IMG/VR virus record: IMGVR_UViG_3300028593_000005
DNA: 64,000 nt
Direction: 5' to 3' (one strand)
Source: an uncultured virus (IMG/VR IMGVR_UViG_3300028593_000005)
Lineage: Duplodnaviria; Heunggongvirae; Uroviricota; Caudoviricetes
Part shown: in pieces, positions 1 through 9,812 of the stretch
Position numbering within the stretch: the stretch's first letter is position 1
Layout of the letters: each line of letters begins with the position of its first letter
Program-made: the position numbers and the translations under genes
The notes under the pieces: generated by a model
The model's database searches: none
What the model saw: the letters and a program-made list of their open reading frames with translations, nothing else
What the model was told of the DNA's origin: nothing

Positions 1-4
1 CCCC

Positions 5-427
5 TTATCTGAAATCCTTGATATCTCTTATAACTTCAAAGTCCTGTCCAGGAGCATAGGTTAATCTGATATCACGAATGTCACATACATTGATGCTGGT
101 AACACCAGCTTTGCCGTCCTCGGAGTAGTCTATCTTGATAGTGTCTACTTCCGCAAGCTTAGCCTGGTTAGTTTCTTTATCGTAGTTAACAAAGCCCTTA
201 TAGTCAGGACGATTCCTCATAGTGAATCCTACGATTCTACAGTTGTATGTCTTCAGACCAGGTGCTTCATCACTGATGACATCGATCTGATATTCATTGT
301 TAGAGCTTATCTGGAAGATTGTTCCTTTAGCTCCCTTAGTTGTCTGGTTCCATACTGTTAACTGAAGCTGAAAGAAACACTGAGCGTCAGTCTTCAGAAA
401 GGTTAAACTACCTTTTTCGTTTACCAT
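5..427 (-). CDS. Hypothetical protein; paralog of ORFs 8727..9410 and 9466..9798
   Basis: 140-aa ORF ending an operon. C-terminal IKIDYSEDG..INVCDIRDIR resembles IMIDCSNEDG..IIIKDIRTL (9466) and IIVDSSD..IRMENIERM (8727). Confidence 0.6.
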   Translation of the reverse strand: MVNEKGSLTFLKTDAQCFFQLQLTVWNQTTKGAKGTIFQISSNNEYQIDVISDEAPGLKTYNCRIVGFTMRNRPDYKGFVNYDKETNQAKLAEVDTIKIDYSEDGKAGVTSINVCDIRDIRLTYAPGQDFEVIRDIKDFR

Positions 428-473
428 TAAAGTGAACCTCCTATTCTTAGTTTATAGGATAGTTTGGGAAGCA

Positions 474-2159
474 TTAACGCTTCCCTTTCTTACCCTTCTT
501 CTTTTTGCCGCCGTACTTGGAGTCCTTCATTCTTCTGTTGAGGAACTGACGAACTTCCGATACGAGGATAGCAATGTTGTTTCTGATCTCACGGATAGTA
601 TCACTAGTATCAGCAGACATAGCGATATTCATTACACCAGTGAGAAGATAGAATGCATAGACGTTTCCTACGAGTGAACCCTTAGGCTGTTCGTAGCAAG
701 AATCACCGAGCATTACTACGAGTGTCTCTGCTACCTCTTCATCCACCATCAACTGACGGAATGGGATAGCAAGCGATTCGATGTCTCTGATCTTCGGTAC
801 AGTACCTTCATAGTAAGCATTGAAGGATGCTGTGTACTGCTTGATCTTACGAGACTTCTTATAGCAGCGGTTAAGATAGGTGTCTCCACCATTCTCGATG
901 TGTTTCTTGACGAGTTCGAGTGTGTGAGTGTAACAAAAGTACTTAGCGATCTCTCTGAGCTCTTCTGCTTTCTCAGGATTAGACTCCTGGATCTTGTCAG
1001 CAGTCTCAAGAAGACCAGTCTCGAACTTCTCCTTTACTTCATCAGTATAAGAGTCAACGATAACGCCAGTTACATTACCTGCAGCTTTAGCATATGTGTT
1101 TAACTCTTCCTGGAAGTTATTGATCTCGGTGCTCATGAAAGCATCAGAGATGATATCATTGATAAGGTTCTTAGCGAAGAACTCAAGTATTGCATGTCTC
1201 GGAGCTTCTCCAGTCTCCGAAGCCGACTTACGGATCTGTATCTTGATAGCCTCAGGAAGAGCATTGAATACAGAGAACTTCTCTCCTGCTTTGTAGCGTC
1301 TCATAATATCTATGAGAGCCATAGCATCATTGTCAGAGATTCCTTCGCCGACGATGTTATGCATGTTTGTAAGAACCTGATCGTCTGTAACTTCGAGTGT
1401 AGATACAGGAACGTCCTCAAGGTCTTCATCTGTTATAGGAGCTTTCTGCTCTTCAGCAACCTTTACGGGTTCCATATCATCATTCATCTGAACAGCTTCG
1501 CCAAGACTCTCAACAGTACCGACTTCAGGAGTATACTCAGTAGCTTCAGTGTTGACTGCTTCTGCAGGAAACACTTCGGACTCATCCTCCTTTACCTCCT
1601 CTACGTCTGACTCAACTATTGCTGCGTTGGGATCTTCTGCATCACGGATTCTTGATTCTACTTTGCCAAGGTCAGCCATTATACTGGCTTCCATATAGCC
1701 CTCCATAGTATCATATCCCTGAGCATTGATCTGGTTCTGAATGTTCTGTTCCATTTCGGCCATTGCCATGTCCTCCTTATTGTATTGTGCATTTGCTTTC
1801 TGTATTTTGGTGAAGTAGTCAAGATCCTCTATAGACATTCCATCAGGGTTTCTGAGAAGGCCCTTCACTATTCCGTTAGTGAGAGCTCCCATCTCATCCA
1901 TTTCAGTGATTCTCTCAGCCTCTAAAGGATCAGCACTGGCAGCAAAGCCATTGTATCTTCCTTTCATCTCTGGAGCTTTTCCGAGTATAGGATCCAGTAC
2001 CTGATTATCAGCATTCTGTTTCCTCTGCTCGTCAAGAACTCCAATGATCATATCTACTTCAGCACCATGGTCAGCACCATCGTATAGAGTCTTATCTCCA
2101 GTAGTATATGCACCCTCATGAGATAAGTCTATTTCATAACCTCTCTTGCTAGTAGGCAT
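474..2159 (-). CDS. Hypothetical acidic phage protein (561 aa)
   Basis: Long ORF with AAGGAGG RBS, genome-typical codon usage and a basic C-terminal tail. No motif recognised. Confidence 0.7.
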   Translation of the reverse strand: MPTSKRGYEIDLSHEGAYTTGDKTLYDGADHGAEVDMIIGVLDEQRKQNADNQVLDPILGKAPEMKGRYNGFAASADPLEAERITEMDEMGALTNGIVKGLLRNPDGMSIEDLDYFTKIQKANAQYNKEDMAMAEMEQNIQNQINAQGYDTMEGYMEASIMADLGKVESRIRDAEDPNAAIVESDVEEVKEDESEVFPAEAVNTEATEYTPEVGTVESLGEAVQMNDDMEPVKVAEEQKAPITDEDLEDVPVSTLEVTDDQVLTNMHNIVGEGISDNDAMALIDIMRRYKAGEKFSVFNALPEAIKIQIRKSASETGEAPRHAILEFFAKNLINDIISDAFMSTEINNFQEELNTYAKAAGNVTGVIVDSYTDEVKEKFETGLLETADKIQESNPEKAEELREIAKYFCYTHTLELVKKHIENGGDTYLNRCYKKSRKIKQYTASFNAYYEGTVPKIRDIESLAIPFRQLMVDEEVAETLVVMLGDSCYEQPKGSLVGNVYAFYLLTGVMNIAMSADTSDTIREIRNNIAILVSEVRQFLNRRMKDSKYGGKKKKGKKGKR

Positions 2160-2161
2160 TG

Positions 2162-2971
2162 TTATTCCTCCTTACTTACATCATCTCCATTCTCTTCTGG
2201 CTGAGGAATGAGCATGGAGATATCATTCTGAGTACACAGAGCATTGTGTATCTTGAGCTTGATGTCAGTCACTACAGAAGGTATGTCTATAGCAGATGCT
2301 ATAAACATCGCATAGAAATTCTCTCCCTTTACATGATCTGCTAAGAGTTGAGCATACTCTATAGGATAGCATGTCTGGAGGTATGTGGGAAGGTCAATGT
2401 CGAGTCCCTTAAGGTAATAAAGGACTTCATTCATCTTCGCACAGATGATAGCCATCTTAACGTCATCGTATGCTTTCTTACCATAGACTGTAGTAACGTC
2501 CTTGTCTTTCTTATAGTTCACCAGCTCAAGTGCATCCCACAGAGCATCCTTGTTAAGCATGATAAAGTTTGCATAGAACTGAGAAACAAAGAAGTCGAAC
2601 TTGGAGACAAAGCATTCATACATGTAGAGAGCTATAGTAAACAAGTTAGTATCCTCTGCTGGAGGAATGAACTGAAATCCATAGAACTGACAGATTGTAT
2701 CTATGATCTCCTGATACGAGGCCTGCTCAACCTCTCGTATGTTCTGTGCATCGAGAGGATAAGTCTGTTCAAGGTTTCTGAAGGTCATATTGTATGATAC
2801 AACTATGTTTGGCTTTGTCATCACGGCACTAGAATAGGTAAACCTATTAACCAGGTGATCACGTATTACAGTCATCACATAATCGGAATCGAAATGCGAT
2901 AAGATATTAGCAACTTCACCCTCTGCTACCATTGAACAGATCTGAGAGTTGCGAAAGAGATCTTGCGGCAT
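2162..2971 (-). CDS. Hypothetical phage protein (269 aa), probably late
   Basis: AAAGGAG RBS; AACG-N6-TAA late-type motif at 2997..3008. Confidence 0.7.
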   Translation of the reverse strand: MPQDLFRNSQICSMVAEGEVANILSHFDSDYVMTVIRDHLVNRFTYSSAVMTKPNIVVSYNMTFRNLEQTYPLDAQNIREVEQASYQEIIDTICQFYGFQFIPPAEDTNLFTIALYMYECFVSKFDFFVSQFYANFIMLNKDALWDALELVNYKKDKDVTTVYGKKAYDDVKMAIICAKMNEVLYYLKGLDIDLPTYLQTCYPIEYAQLLADHVKGENFYAMFIASAIDIPSVVTDIKLKIHNALCTQNDISMLIPQPEENGDDVSKEE

Positions 2972-3054
2972 ATGGCACGCTCCTTTCTTCTTTGATTACT
3001 GTATCGTTGGTGTTTGGGTAGAGATGTACATATGTAAAAGTATCCATGAACAAC

Positions 3055-3064
3055 TGTATACTAT
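3055..3064 (+). promoter_or_regulatory. Putative early (virion RNAP) promoter motif TGTATACTAT
   Basis: The same motif recurs upstream of 7 small-gene, nvRNAP or polymerase units. Resembles the phiKZ early consensus TATATTAC. Confidence 0.6.
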
Positions 3065-3112
3065 AGTGGTGTACGTATAAACAATCTACTCATCTTGAAA
3101 GGAGAATGAGAA

Positions 3113-3568
3113 ATGACTAGTACTTTAACTTATTCACAGAAGAAGACTGTAGACGCACTGGTAAATGCACTGACTTATGCCAGTGAGCTTATCGAGTATA
3201 GGGACAGCTATGTATATGGTCCCGAAGACTCAATCAGAGTAAGACTGTATACAGTTGAATGTCCAGACGAAACTGTAGTAAGACTTGCTATCTTCACCAA
3301 CGACAATGGCGAGTATTACGCCGCAGTAAGAACTCTTACAGGAGACTGGACAGAGTTCACACTTCTTAACAACACTAAGCAGTGCGATACAATTCGCTTC
3401 AACACTGAAGAGGGAGAACACTTCTATGCAGATGATTACATTCTTCGTGAATGTGGCCAGACTCCACTCGCAGCTATGCTTCTTGGAACAATTGAGTATA
3501 CACGTCATATCGGAGAAGGCGTAGTATACGAATCAATTAAGCTGGCAAAGCAGCAGGGACTCTTATGA
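3113..3568 (+). CDS. Hypothetical early protein (151 aa)
   Basis: GAAAGGAG RBS; early motif upstream. Confidence 0.75.
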   Translation: MTSTLTYSQKKTVDALVNALTYASELIEYRDSYVYGPEDSIRVRLYTVECPDETVVRLAIFTNDNGEYYAAVRTLTGDWTEFTLLNNTKQCDTIRFNTEEGEHFYADDYILRECGQTPLAAMLLGTIEYTRHIGEGVVYESIKLAKQQGLL

Positions 3569-3609
3569 GTCCCTGCATTCTTCTCTTCCATCACATTCTT
3601 TCTTTTTTC

Positions 3610-4392
3610 TTATACACAGTACAGCAGAGGCTGGTTGGTGTTTGCTGCAGAGACATGAGTCTCATCAAGATATCTTACACAGTCATCTCTATCAGCAGCA
3701 AACTGTTCGAGTCTACTCATAACCTTGTTGATGTCTACACTGGCGAATACAGTTTCAAGATCTGAATAGTTATTCAGGAAAGCCACCAGTGTATTTGCTA
3801 CATCGTCTATAGCCAACCTTTCGAATGTCTCCATCATTGTAGGAGATATAGTCATCAGATTGTCTGGATGGGGAACGAAGATATCTATAGGGATGTCCTT
3901 CAGACCTCCAGTGATATCACCATTCGTTACAGAACACAGCTTAACCATGTTAGGCTCTTTGAACTCCACGAAGATACTGTTGTTGAATACAGATGTCATG
4001 TCTGCTCTAGCCTGCAGCAGCATAACGTCATCCATGCTGTAGTTATTGTATGCTCCGAGATAGTCGTACATACCGATACCAGACTGCTGGACAAGTCCAT
4101 CGTTTCCGTAGACATCCCATGCTATATCCTTTACTCCCAAGATCTCTACTCCTCCTACTAATGAACTGTCGATCATATAGTAGCCGTTCCTCTTGTTCTC
4201 AGGTCTAGCATCTATCATGATACGGACTTCATGAGGGAAGAATCTAGAGAACGTTACCAGTGTATCTGGCTTGATGATCTCTTCTGCCCAAGAGTCCTTG
4301 TCGATTCCTTCTCCCTTTGGCAGATTGAGAGGTTTTGTACCAAGTCTTCTTTCTATCTTATCAAGAAGAAGTCTCATCTTATTCATAGGCAT
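3610..4392 (-). CDS. Putative neck/head-completion protein (T4 gp13-like)
   Basis: N-terminal IERRLGTKPLNLP resembles the T4 gp13 ILRRLGAPIINV motif; size fits; late promoter at 4423..4434. Confidence 0.45.
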   Translation of the reverse strand: MPMNKMRLLLDKIERRLGTKPLNLPKGEGIDKDSWAEEIIKPDTLVTFSRFFPHEVRIMIDARPENKRNGYYMIDSSLVGGVEILGVKDIAWDVYGNDGLVQQSGIGMYDYLGAYNNYSMDDVMLLQARADMTSVFNNSIFVEFKEPNMVKLCSVTNGDITGGLKDIPIDIFVPHPDNLMTISPTMMETFERLAIDDVANTLVAFLNNYSDLETVFASVDINKVMSRLEQFAADRDDCVRYLDETHVSAANTNQPLLYCV

Positions 4393-4422
4393 AGGCCCAC
4401 TCTCCTTTCGGGTGTTATATAT

Positions 4423-4434
4423 TACTCAGATGTT
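4423..4434 (-). promoter_or_regulatory. Late promoter AACA-N6-TA
   Basis: AACAtctgagTAA on the minus strand, identical to the core at 31783. Confidence 0.65.
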
Positions 4435-4455
4435 TCACCACTATTTGAGCACCTG

Positions 4456-4467
4456 AACATTTCTATA
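4456..4467 (+). promoter_or_regulatory. Late promoter AACA-N6-TA
   Basis: AACAtttctaTAA just before the RBS of 4492. Confidence 0.65.
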
Positions 4468-4491
4468 ATCTAAGAAAGGAGGAGAGTACAC

Positions 4492-5361
4492 ATGTCGTTG
4501 ACTCCACAAGAGATACTTGATAGAGTAGACCCTACTAGACAACACGAGAACGATACAAGCTTTCCGCATTGGTATATCGTAGATGGCGAATTGGTAAACA
4601 TCTACAACTTTGAACCAGCAGATGATCCTCTTCTCGGTAGCACTGATCTATGGTATATTAAAGAGACTGAAGATCCAGACACTCATGAGGTGGTTAAAGA
4701 ACTCGATCATCCAATGCTCCCGTCTCTTGATACTTCTGTCGATAAGCCTGGCTATTGGTATATAAAGGAAACTGTTGATCCAGTTACTGGAGAGGTTACT
4801 AAGGAACTCACTAACCATGGTATTCCTCTGATAGGTCTCGAGGTAAACGGTATATGGTACGTCAAGGATGGCTCCTTGACACATGCCGCTTTCCCTGAGT
4901 TGGTTGAGTATGGATCATATATGAGTAACCAAGTTGTAAACAAAGCTATCATCTTCCCCTCTGTAATGGAGGTAGGAGAATGGGCATTCAAAGATACTCC
5001 TTCAATGCTTGAGGTGTATCTGAATCCAGAGTGTAAGAGATATGATACTTCCTTCCCCGAAGAGTGTGTAGTAAAGGATTGGCCATTGAGTGCAAGGGTT
5101 ACCCAAATGCCGACGAAGACTACATACAATGTGGGAGAGGACTTTGATGTTACTGGTATGAAAGTATTGGTGACATTAGACATGACTGTTATGGGCAAGG
5201 ATTATGGCAGTTATGCATATGAAGCAAACAATGACTACTTTACAGTAGTACAGTTTGATAATACATCTCCAGGTGAGAAGGTAGTTATACTAAGATACAA
5301 AACACCCTATTCAGTCGGACAGTATAGTGTAGTACTGCCTGAGCCTGTAATAGTAGTGTAA
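4492..5361 (+). CDS. Virion accessory protein with WYI repeats, a short LRR_5 unit and a C-terminal Big_3 Ig-like domain
   Basis: PTKTTYNVGEDFDVTGMKVLVT...FDNTSPGEKVV is a typical Big_3 sequence; IFPSVMEVGEWAF is LRR-like; WYIKET.DP.T.EV.KEL is repeated. Confidence 0.7.
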   Translation: MSLTPQEILDRVDPTRQHENDTSFPHWYIVDGELVNIYNFEPADDPLLGSTDLWYIKETEDPDTHEVVKELDHPMLPSLDTSVDKPGYWYIKETVDPVTGEVTKELTNHGIPLIGLEVNGIWYVKDGSLTHAAFPELVEYGSYMSNQVVNKAIIFPSVMEVGEWAFKDTPSMLEVYLNPECKRYDTSFPEECVVKDWPLSARVTQMPTKTTYNVGEDFDVTGMKVLVTLDMTVMGKDYGSYAYEANNDYFTVVQFDNTSPGEKVVILRYKTPYSVGQYSVVLPEPVIVV

Positions 5362-5377
5362 GAAAGGAGAGATATAA

Positions 5378-6490
5378 ATGGCAGTATGGGGAAGTGGAAC
5401 ATTAGAAGATCCTTGGAAAGTGACAGACTGGGATAACTTTGTGTCAAAATGTAATGAGACACAGAGTGTAATTTCAGATAGAACATACATAGAGTTTCCT
5501 ACTCATGATCAGAACGGTAACTTAATACCAGTAGAAGAACGTGTTATAGATCTACGTCATCATGAATGGTTTGTTGGCAATGATGCTGCTGATGTTATAA
5601 TCGATGTATATCGATTCAAAACTATAGAAGGTAATGGATGGACTATCTTAGGATTGAGTATCAGGAATATGACTTTGTTCAGTATAAAGATAGACAGTGA
5701 TGGTAATAGTAAAAGGAATCGTAACAGAAACTTTGAAATGATCAATCTCAACTTTCAGAATATATATGTACACGGTAAATGTATACTTTTCAAAACCTAT
5801 TATAATGGATCCAGGTATTCAATCACTGGTTGTAAGTTCTCTGGAGTGTTTGATGCTTCTATTACCGATATATATAGTAATTATACTTGTGCTATAACAT
5901 ATGGAGCAATCAACCAAGGATGGAATGTATTCACAGCTTGTTCGTTCAACTTCAAATTCGTTTCAGGTATGAGAATTGAATTTACATCATATTACAGCAG
6001 CATTTATAATTCATCCGAGTTCAATAACTGTATCTTCAATATAGAGGGTAAACCTAAACCATTCAATATTAGTATTCTTGTTGCTGGTTATGAAGCTGGA
6101 AGATATCATTTGTGGTATGGTACATTCTACTTCTGCAAGTTCACTGGTAAGTTGCTGTTAGATTGCGCAGATTCGGAAGCGCAAGAGACGTGGTTAGGAA
6201 CATATTTTAATGTAAATGGCTCTTTAAACGTTATAGATATTACACTTAAGAAGGTAACTGCACAATATGACCTCTTTACATATTTCTACAATCTATGCTA
6301 TGGAAGTTCGAATGACAACGAAGTTACCATTAGATACTTTGATAGATCGGACATTCCTGATACTGACGGATTCAGATTTGCTACTAGAAAAGCAAATGTA
6401 TTCAAGATACCAGCAGACAGAGCTCAGATGACAAATAAAGACTGGCTTGAAGATCAAGGTTTTGTAATCGGTACAGCACCGACAACCTAA
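5378..6490 (+). CDS. Putative receptor-binding/beta-helix protein, paralog 1
   Basis: GSGTLEDPW N-terminus, NGWTILGLS, CKFS/CSFN/CIFN repeats and the C-terminus are shared with the next two ORFs. Confidence 0.6.
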   Translation: MAVWGSGTLEDPWKVTDWDNFVSKCNETQSVISDRTYIEFPTHDQNGNLIPVEERVIDLRHHEWFVGNDAADVIIDVYRFKTIEGNGWTILGLSIRNMTLFSIKIDSDGNSKRNRNRNFEMINLNFQNIYVHGKCILFKTYYNGSRYSITGCKFSGVFDASITDIYSNYTCAITYGAINQGWNVFTACSFNFKFVSGMRIEFTSYYSSIYNSSEFNNCIFNIEGKPKPFNISILVAGYEAGRYHLWYGTFYFCKFTGKLLLDCADSEAQETWLGTYFNVNGSLNVIDITLKKVTAQYDLFTYFYNLCYGSSNDNEVTIRYFDRSDIPDTDGFRFATRKANVFKIPADRAQMTNKDWLEDQGFVIGTAPTT

Positions 6491-6505
6491 GAAAGGAGAG
6501 ATTGT

Positions 6506-7537
6506 ATGAACTATGGAGGTTCAGGAGCGTCTAAAGACGATCCTATTGTAATAGACACACTGCAAGATCTTGCCCCTCTTATGCAGAAGAGTGCTGGAAG
6601 TGTTCTTCATATAGCATTCCCAGAGACATATAATGGTCCAAAGGTTATAGATCTTCGTTCCGCTGGATGGAATCCTAACGGAAGGATAAATATCGATTGG
6701 ACTACAGATGGTATCCAAACTATAAGAAGATACGTATACTTCAACGGATGGACCATCTTGGGACTATCTATCATGGGTTCGTTTTTTTTAAATCTCGTAA
6801 TAAATGGTAGAACGAACGCTAACGAGAAGCAGATCTATTTCTATGATCTCACCATTAAGAATGCATACATTCTCGGAGGAGAAGGCGAAGCGTGGTTATT
6901 CCGTACAGAGGCATCTTACGGATGTAGAATATACTTCTATAGATGTAAGTTTTCTATGATGCTTGACTCACAAACGGCATCGACATATGCATTCGCTTCG
7001 ACTGTTGACGAAGAGGAGTTTTACTTTCTCCAATGCTCTTTCAATATACGGCTTAACAGTAATAATGCATCTTATTCTTATAAGACTTGGATCATGAATG
7101 ATTTTCGACAATATAGATGGCTTATGAGAAACTGTATAATGAATATAAGAAGTAACAACTTCCGCGCATGGGGTACTTCCGATAATGATAGTCTGGTGAC
7201 CTGTACCAATATGCAGTTCTCCAAGATTGTTGGAGATATTAAATGTACTGCTAGCGGAAGTACCGAAGTTAAGCTTCTATTTAGTAAATCAGGATGCTTC
7301 TATAATGTTGTAGACATGGCATATAGACACTATACAGAAGAAGGTGTAGTACGCATTAGTTTCGGTACTGGAATGAATATAGTAAACAAGGACAACTTTA
7401 AGTTTAGTAATGGTAATGCTATGGCAGATTCTGAAATCACTGGAAACAACAAAAGTGTTATCACTACCGAACAAATGCTAGATGCCGACTATCTTAACAG
7501 CATAAACTTCATTGTAGGAGACCCTCCGAGTGACTGA
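6506..7537 (+). CDS. Putative receptor-binding/beta-helix protein, paralog 2
   Basis: GSGASKDDPIVI, NGWTILGLS, C-terminal QMLDADYLNSINFIVGDPP. Confidence 0.6.
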   Translation: MNYGGSGASKDDPIVIDTLQDLAPLMQKSAGSVLHIAFPETYNGPKVIDLRSAGWNPNGRINIDWTTDGIQTIRRYVYFNGWTILGLSIMGSFFLNLVINGRTNANEKQIYFYDLTIKNAYILGGEGEAWLFRTEASYGCRIYFYRCKFSMMLDSQTASTYAFASTVDEEEFYFLQCSFNIRLNSNNASYSYKTWIMNDFRQYRWLMRNCIMNIRSNNFRAWGTSDNDSLVTCTNMQFSKIVGDIKCTASGSTEVKLLFSKSGCFYNVVDMAYRHYTEEGVVRISFGTGMNIVNKDNFKFSNGNAMADSEITGNNKSVITTEQMLDADYLNSINFIVGDPPSD

Positions 7538-7538
7538 T

Positions 7539-7564
7539 AGGGAGAGGGAATCATCCCTCTCCCT
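7539..7564. terminator. GC-rich hairpin (putative terminator)
   Basis: AGGGAGAGGGA-atca-TCCCTCTCCCT. Confidence 0.55.
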
Positions 7565-7581
7565 TCATTCTCGTTCACCCG

Positions 7582-7593
7582 AACATTCTAGTA
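7582..7593 (+). promoter_or_regulatory. Late promoter AACA-N6-TA
   Basis: AACAttctagTAA. Confidence 0.65.
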
Positions 7594-7620
7594 ACAATAC
7601 ACATCAAAGGAGGAATTCAT

Positions 7621-8649
7621 ATGGCTATACAGGGAAGTGGAACTTCCAGTGATCCATACATTGTAACAACTTACGACGATTTAGTAAGCACAATTAACTC
7701 TTATCCTCAGAATGGAGGAACTAAGCATATAGCATTCCCAGCTATCTATGATGGCTCGAAAGTTATGGATATGAGAGATAGAGGATGGATGCCAAAATTA
7801 TCTGCTAACCCTCCAAGTACAACTAGTAACCCAGTGAGCTTATATTTACATTGCAATGGATGGACTATACTTGGTTTGTCATGTATGAGCAATAGCTGGT
7901 GGGATACTAGCAACAACGAACCACGATGTAGCCATGTTACTATAGATGATCTGATAATCAAGAATTTCTACCTTCTCAGTACGACTGATGATGAGATAGC
8001 TCTCTTTCAACATAGTACTAGAATAGAAGGTTCTAGACTGACACTAAACAGATGTAAGATGTCTGGTTGCTTGGATGCTATGCAAGGCTATGTTAATATC
8101 GAAATGTATGCTATTGGAACAAATCCATTTTATGCTAACTCTTGCTCATTCAACGTGAAGTTTATCAATCACAATAATCCTGCTGGATTCAATATGCACC
8201 ATATCGATTCTTCTACTGCGGACTTCTTCTACAACTGTATATTCAATATCACCGACCAGAATAATAATAATATAAATGAACGTAGTAACATGTATTGGGA
8301 CTACCTCCTCAGCGGCGAATTGTACTTCTGTAAAATTGTAGGCTTCATAAAGAGGAATCCAAACCATTCATCTGAATCAGGATACTATTATTTCATCCAT
8401 CCAAAAGAGCCATCATGCTATAATGTATTCGACTTTGAAGTTATCGACATGTATAAACGTCTCTGGATAGATAATCAAGAAGGCTATATGTTTGGCGTAT
8501 ATAATAAGGATAAGACCACTGTTGGCGGAAATGATATGTTCAATCCATGCCAACCAAATTACTTCCGCGGTTTAACGTCTGCTCAGATGGTGGATAAGGA
8601 TTACCTCAACTCTATAGACTTCATCTGCGGAGACACACCAAGCTCTTAA
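7621..8649 (+). CDS. Putative receptor-binding/beta-helix protein, paralog 3
   Basis: GSGTSSDPYIV, NGWTILGLS, C-terminal QMVDKDYLNSIDFICGDTP. Confidence 0.6.
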   Translation: MAIQGSGTSSDPYIVTTYDDLVSTINSYPQNGGTKHIAFPAIYDGSKVMDMRDRGWMPKLSANPPSTTSNPVSLYLHCNGWTILGLSCMSNSWWDTSNNEPRCSHVTIDDLIIKNFYLLSTTDDEIALFQHSTRIEGSRLTLNRCKMSGCLDAMQGYVNIEMYAIGTNPFYANSCSFNVKFINHNNPAGFNMHHIDSSTADFFYNCIFNITDQNNNNINERSNMYWDYLLSGELYFCKIVGFIKRNPNHSSESGYYYFIHPKEPSCYNVFDFEVIDMYKRLWIDNQEGYMFGVYNKDKTTVGGNDMFNPCQPNYFRGLTSAQMVDKDYLNSIDFICGDTPSS

Positions 8650-8653
8650 GTTA

Positions 8654-8677
8654 GGTGGTGGGAGGTTTCCCACCACC
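8654..8677. terminator. GC-rich hairpin (putative terminator)
   Basis: GGTGGTGGGA-ggtt-TCCCACCACC. Confidence 0.55.
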
Positions 8678-8688
8678 CTTCTATGCTC

Positions 8689-8700
8689 AACATCTATGTA
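8689..8700 (+). promoter_or_regulatory. Late promoter AACA-N6-TA
   Basis: AACAtctatgTAA. Confidence 0.65.
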
Positions 8701-8726
8701 ACAATAATCTCGAAAGGAGGAGAGTT

Positions 8727-9410
8727 ATGGCTAACAATTGTTGTTTCCCCTATGGAAACGAAGTCTATACTCCTGATATGACTACACATCCTGGTTGGAC
8801 TAAAGTGGTTGCTTGTCCTGCTGCTACTTGTCCCCCTAAGCAGTATATCGTTCCTGGTCATCATCCCTATTGTCCTCCCCCTCATAAGGTAGGAAGAGTT
8901 AAGATAGACGGTACTATCCGACTTTCTGTAACTTATACTGATCATCATGGTCATGTACAGAAGTTCGACATCATACCTGGAGTATCATATGAGATCGATG
9001 CCTTCTCCAACACCCGTGGTATTTGTCACTTCGTCGGCAAGATTGTCGACTTTGAGACAGTCGAAGGTGTACAAGAGATTCTGAAGGCTCCTCACTGCAT
9101 CACTATTTCTGCTATCATAGTAGATTCTAGTGATATGTATGAAAGCCGTCTTCTCAGAATCAGAATGGAGAACATCGAGAGGATGCTTCCTATACTGGGA
9201 CCTGAGCAGCTTAATCCAGTACAGCAGAGCAATGTCTGCATTGAAGATCCATTTGTAGAGAGAGAAGTAGATGTATTCGTCTCACTCCACGATGTAGGAA
9301 CACCTGTTGGTGAAGATGGATCTACGACAAACAACACATCGTCGTCAAGCACTAGTCAGAGTGGCGATACCAATTTTGGTTCAAGTCTTCACGACTATCT
9401 TGACCTGTAA
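8727..9410 (+). CDS. Hypothetical late protein with a Cys/His/Pro-rich N-terminus (start corrected to ATG 8727)
   Basis: AAAGGAGG RBS before ATG 8727; shares a domain with 5..427 and 9466..9798. Confidence 0.7.
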   Translation: MANNCCFPYGNEVYTPDMTTHPGWTKVVACPAATCPPKQYIVPGHHPYCPPPHKVGRVKIDGTIRLSVTYTDHHGHVQKFDIIPGVSYEIDAFSNTRGICHFVGKIVDFETVEGVQEILKAPHCITISAIIVDSSDMYESRLLRIRMENIERMLPILGPEQLNPVQQSNVCIEDPFVEREVDVFVSLHDVGTPVGEDGSTTNNTSSSSTSQSGDTNFGSSLHDYLDL

Positions 9411-9415
9411 TCATC

Positions 9416-9439
9416 GGCTAGGGTGGCAACGCCCTAGCC
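9416..9439 (+). terminator. Hairpin (putative terminator/processing site)
   Basis: GGCTAGGGTG-gcaa-CGCCCTAGCC followed by ttaactttt. Confidence 0.55.
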
Positions 9440-9465
9440 TTAACTTTTGAAAGGAGGAAAACCTA

Positions 9466-9798
9466 ATGTCATATACTATAAAGACTAAGGGTATAACTAC
9501 TGTACATCTGGACATAGAGCTGGATGTGTATAAGGATGATGGCTCTAAAGAGACTATCACTGTATCTATGAAGCCTGGTACAAAATACAAGGTGATCGCT
9601 GTAGATAGAGTTGACAATATGCTTCGTACTATCACAGGTGTGTACTCTCACTTTGGTACTAATCATCCTTGTGGTGGTCATCTCAAGGCAGACTGGATCA
9701 TGATAGACTGTTCTAATGAAGACGGTCGTCATAGAGCTAAGCTCTGTAAGATTATAATAAAAGACATTCGTACACTTGAAGAGATCGTTGATTTCTAA
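9466..9798 (+). CDS. Hypothetical protein (110 aa), paralog family
   Basis: Strong RBS; motif similarity to 5..427. Confidence 0.7.
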   Translation: MSYTIKTKGITTVHLDIELDVYKDDGSKETITVSMKPGTKYKVIAVDRVDNMLRTITGVYSHFGTNHPCGGHLKADWIMIDCSNEDGRHRAKLCKIIIKDIRTLEEIVDF

Positions 9799-9812
9799 TA
9801 GGAGGTGCTAGT

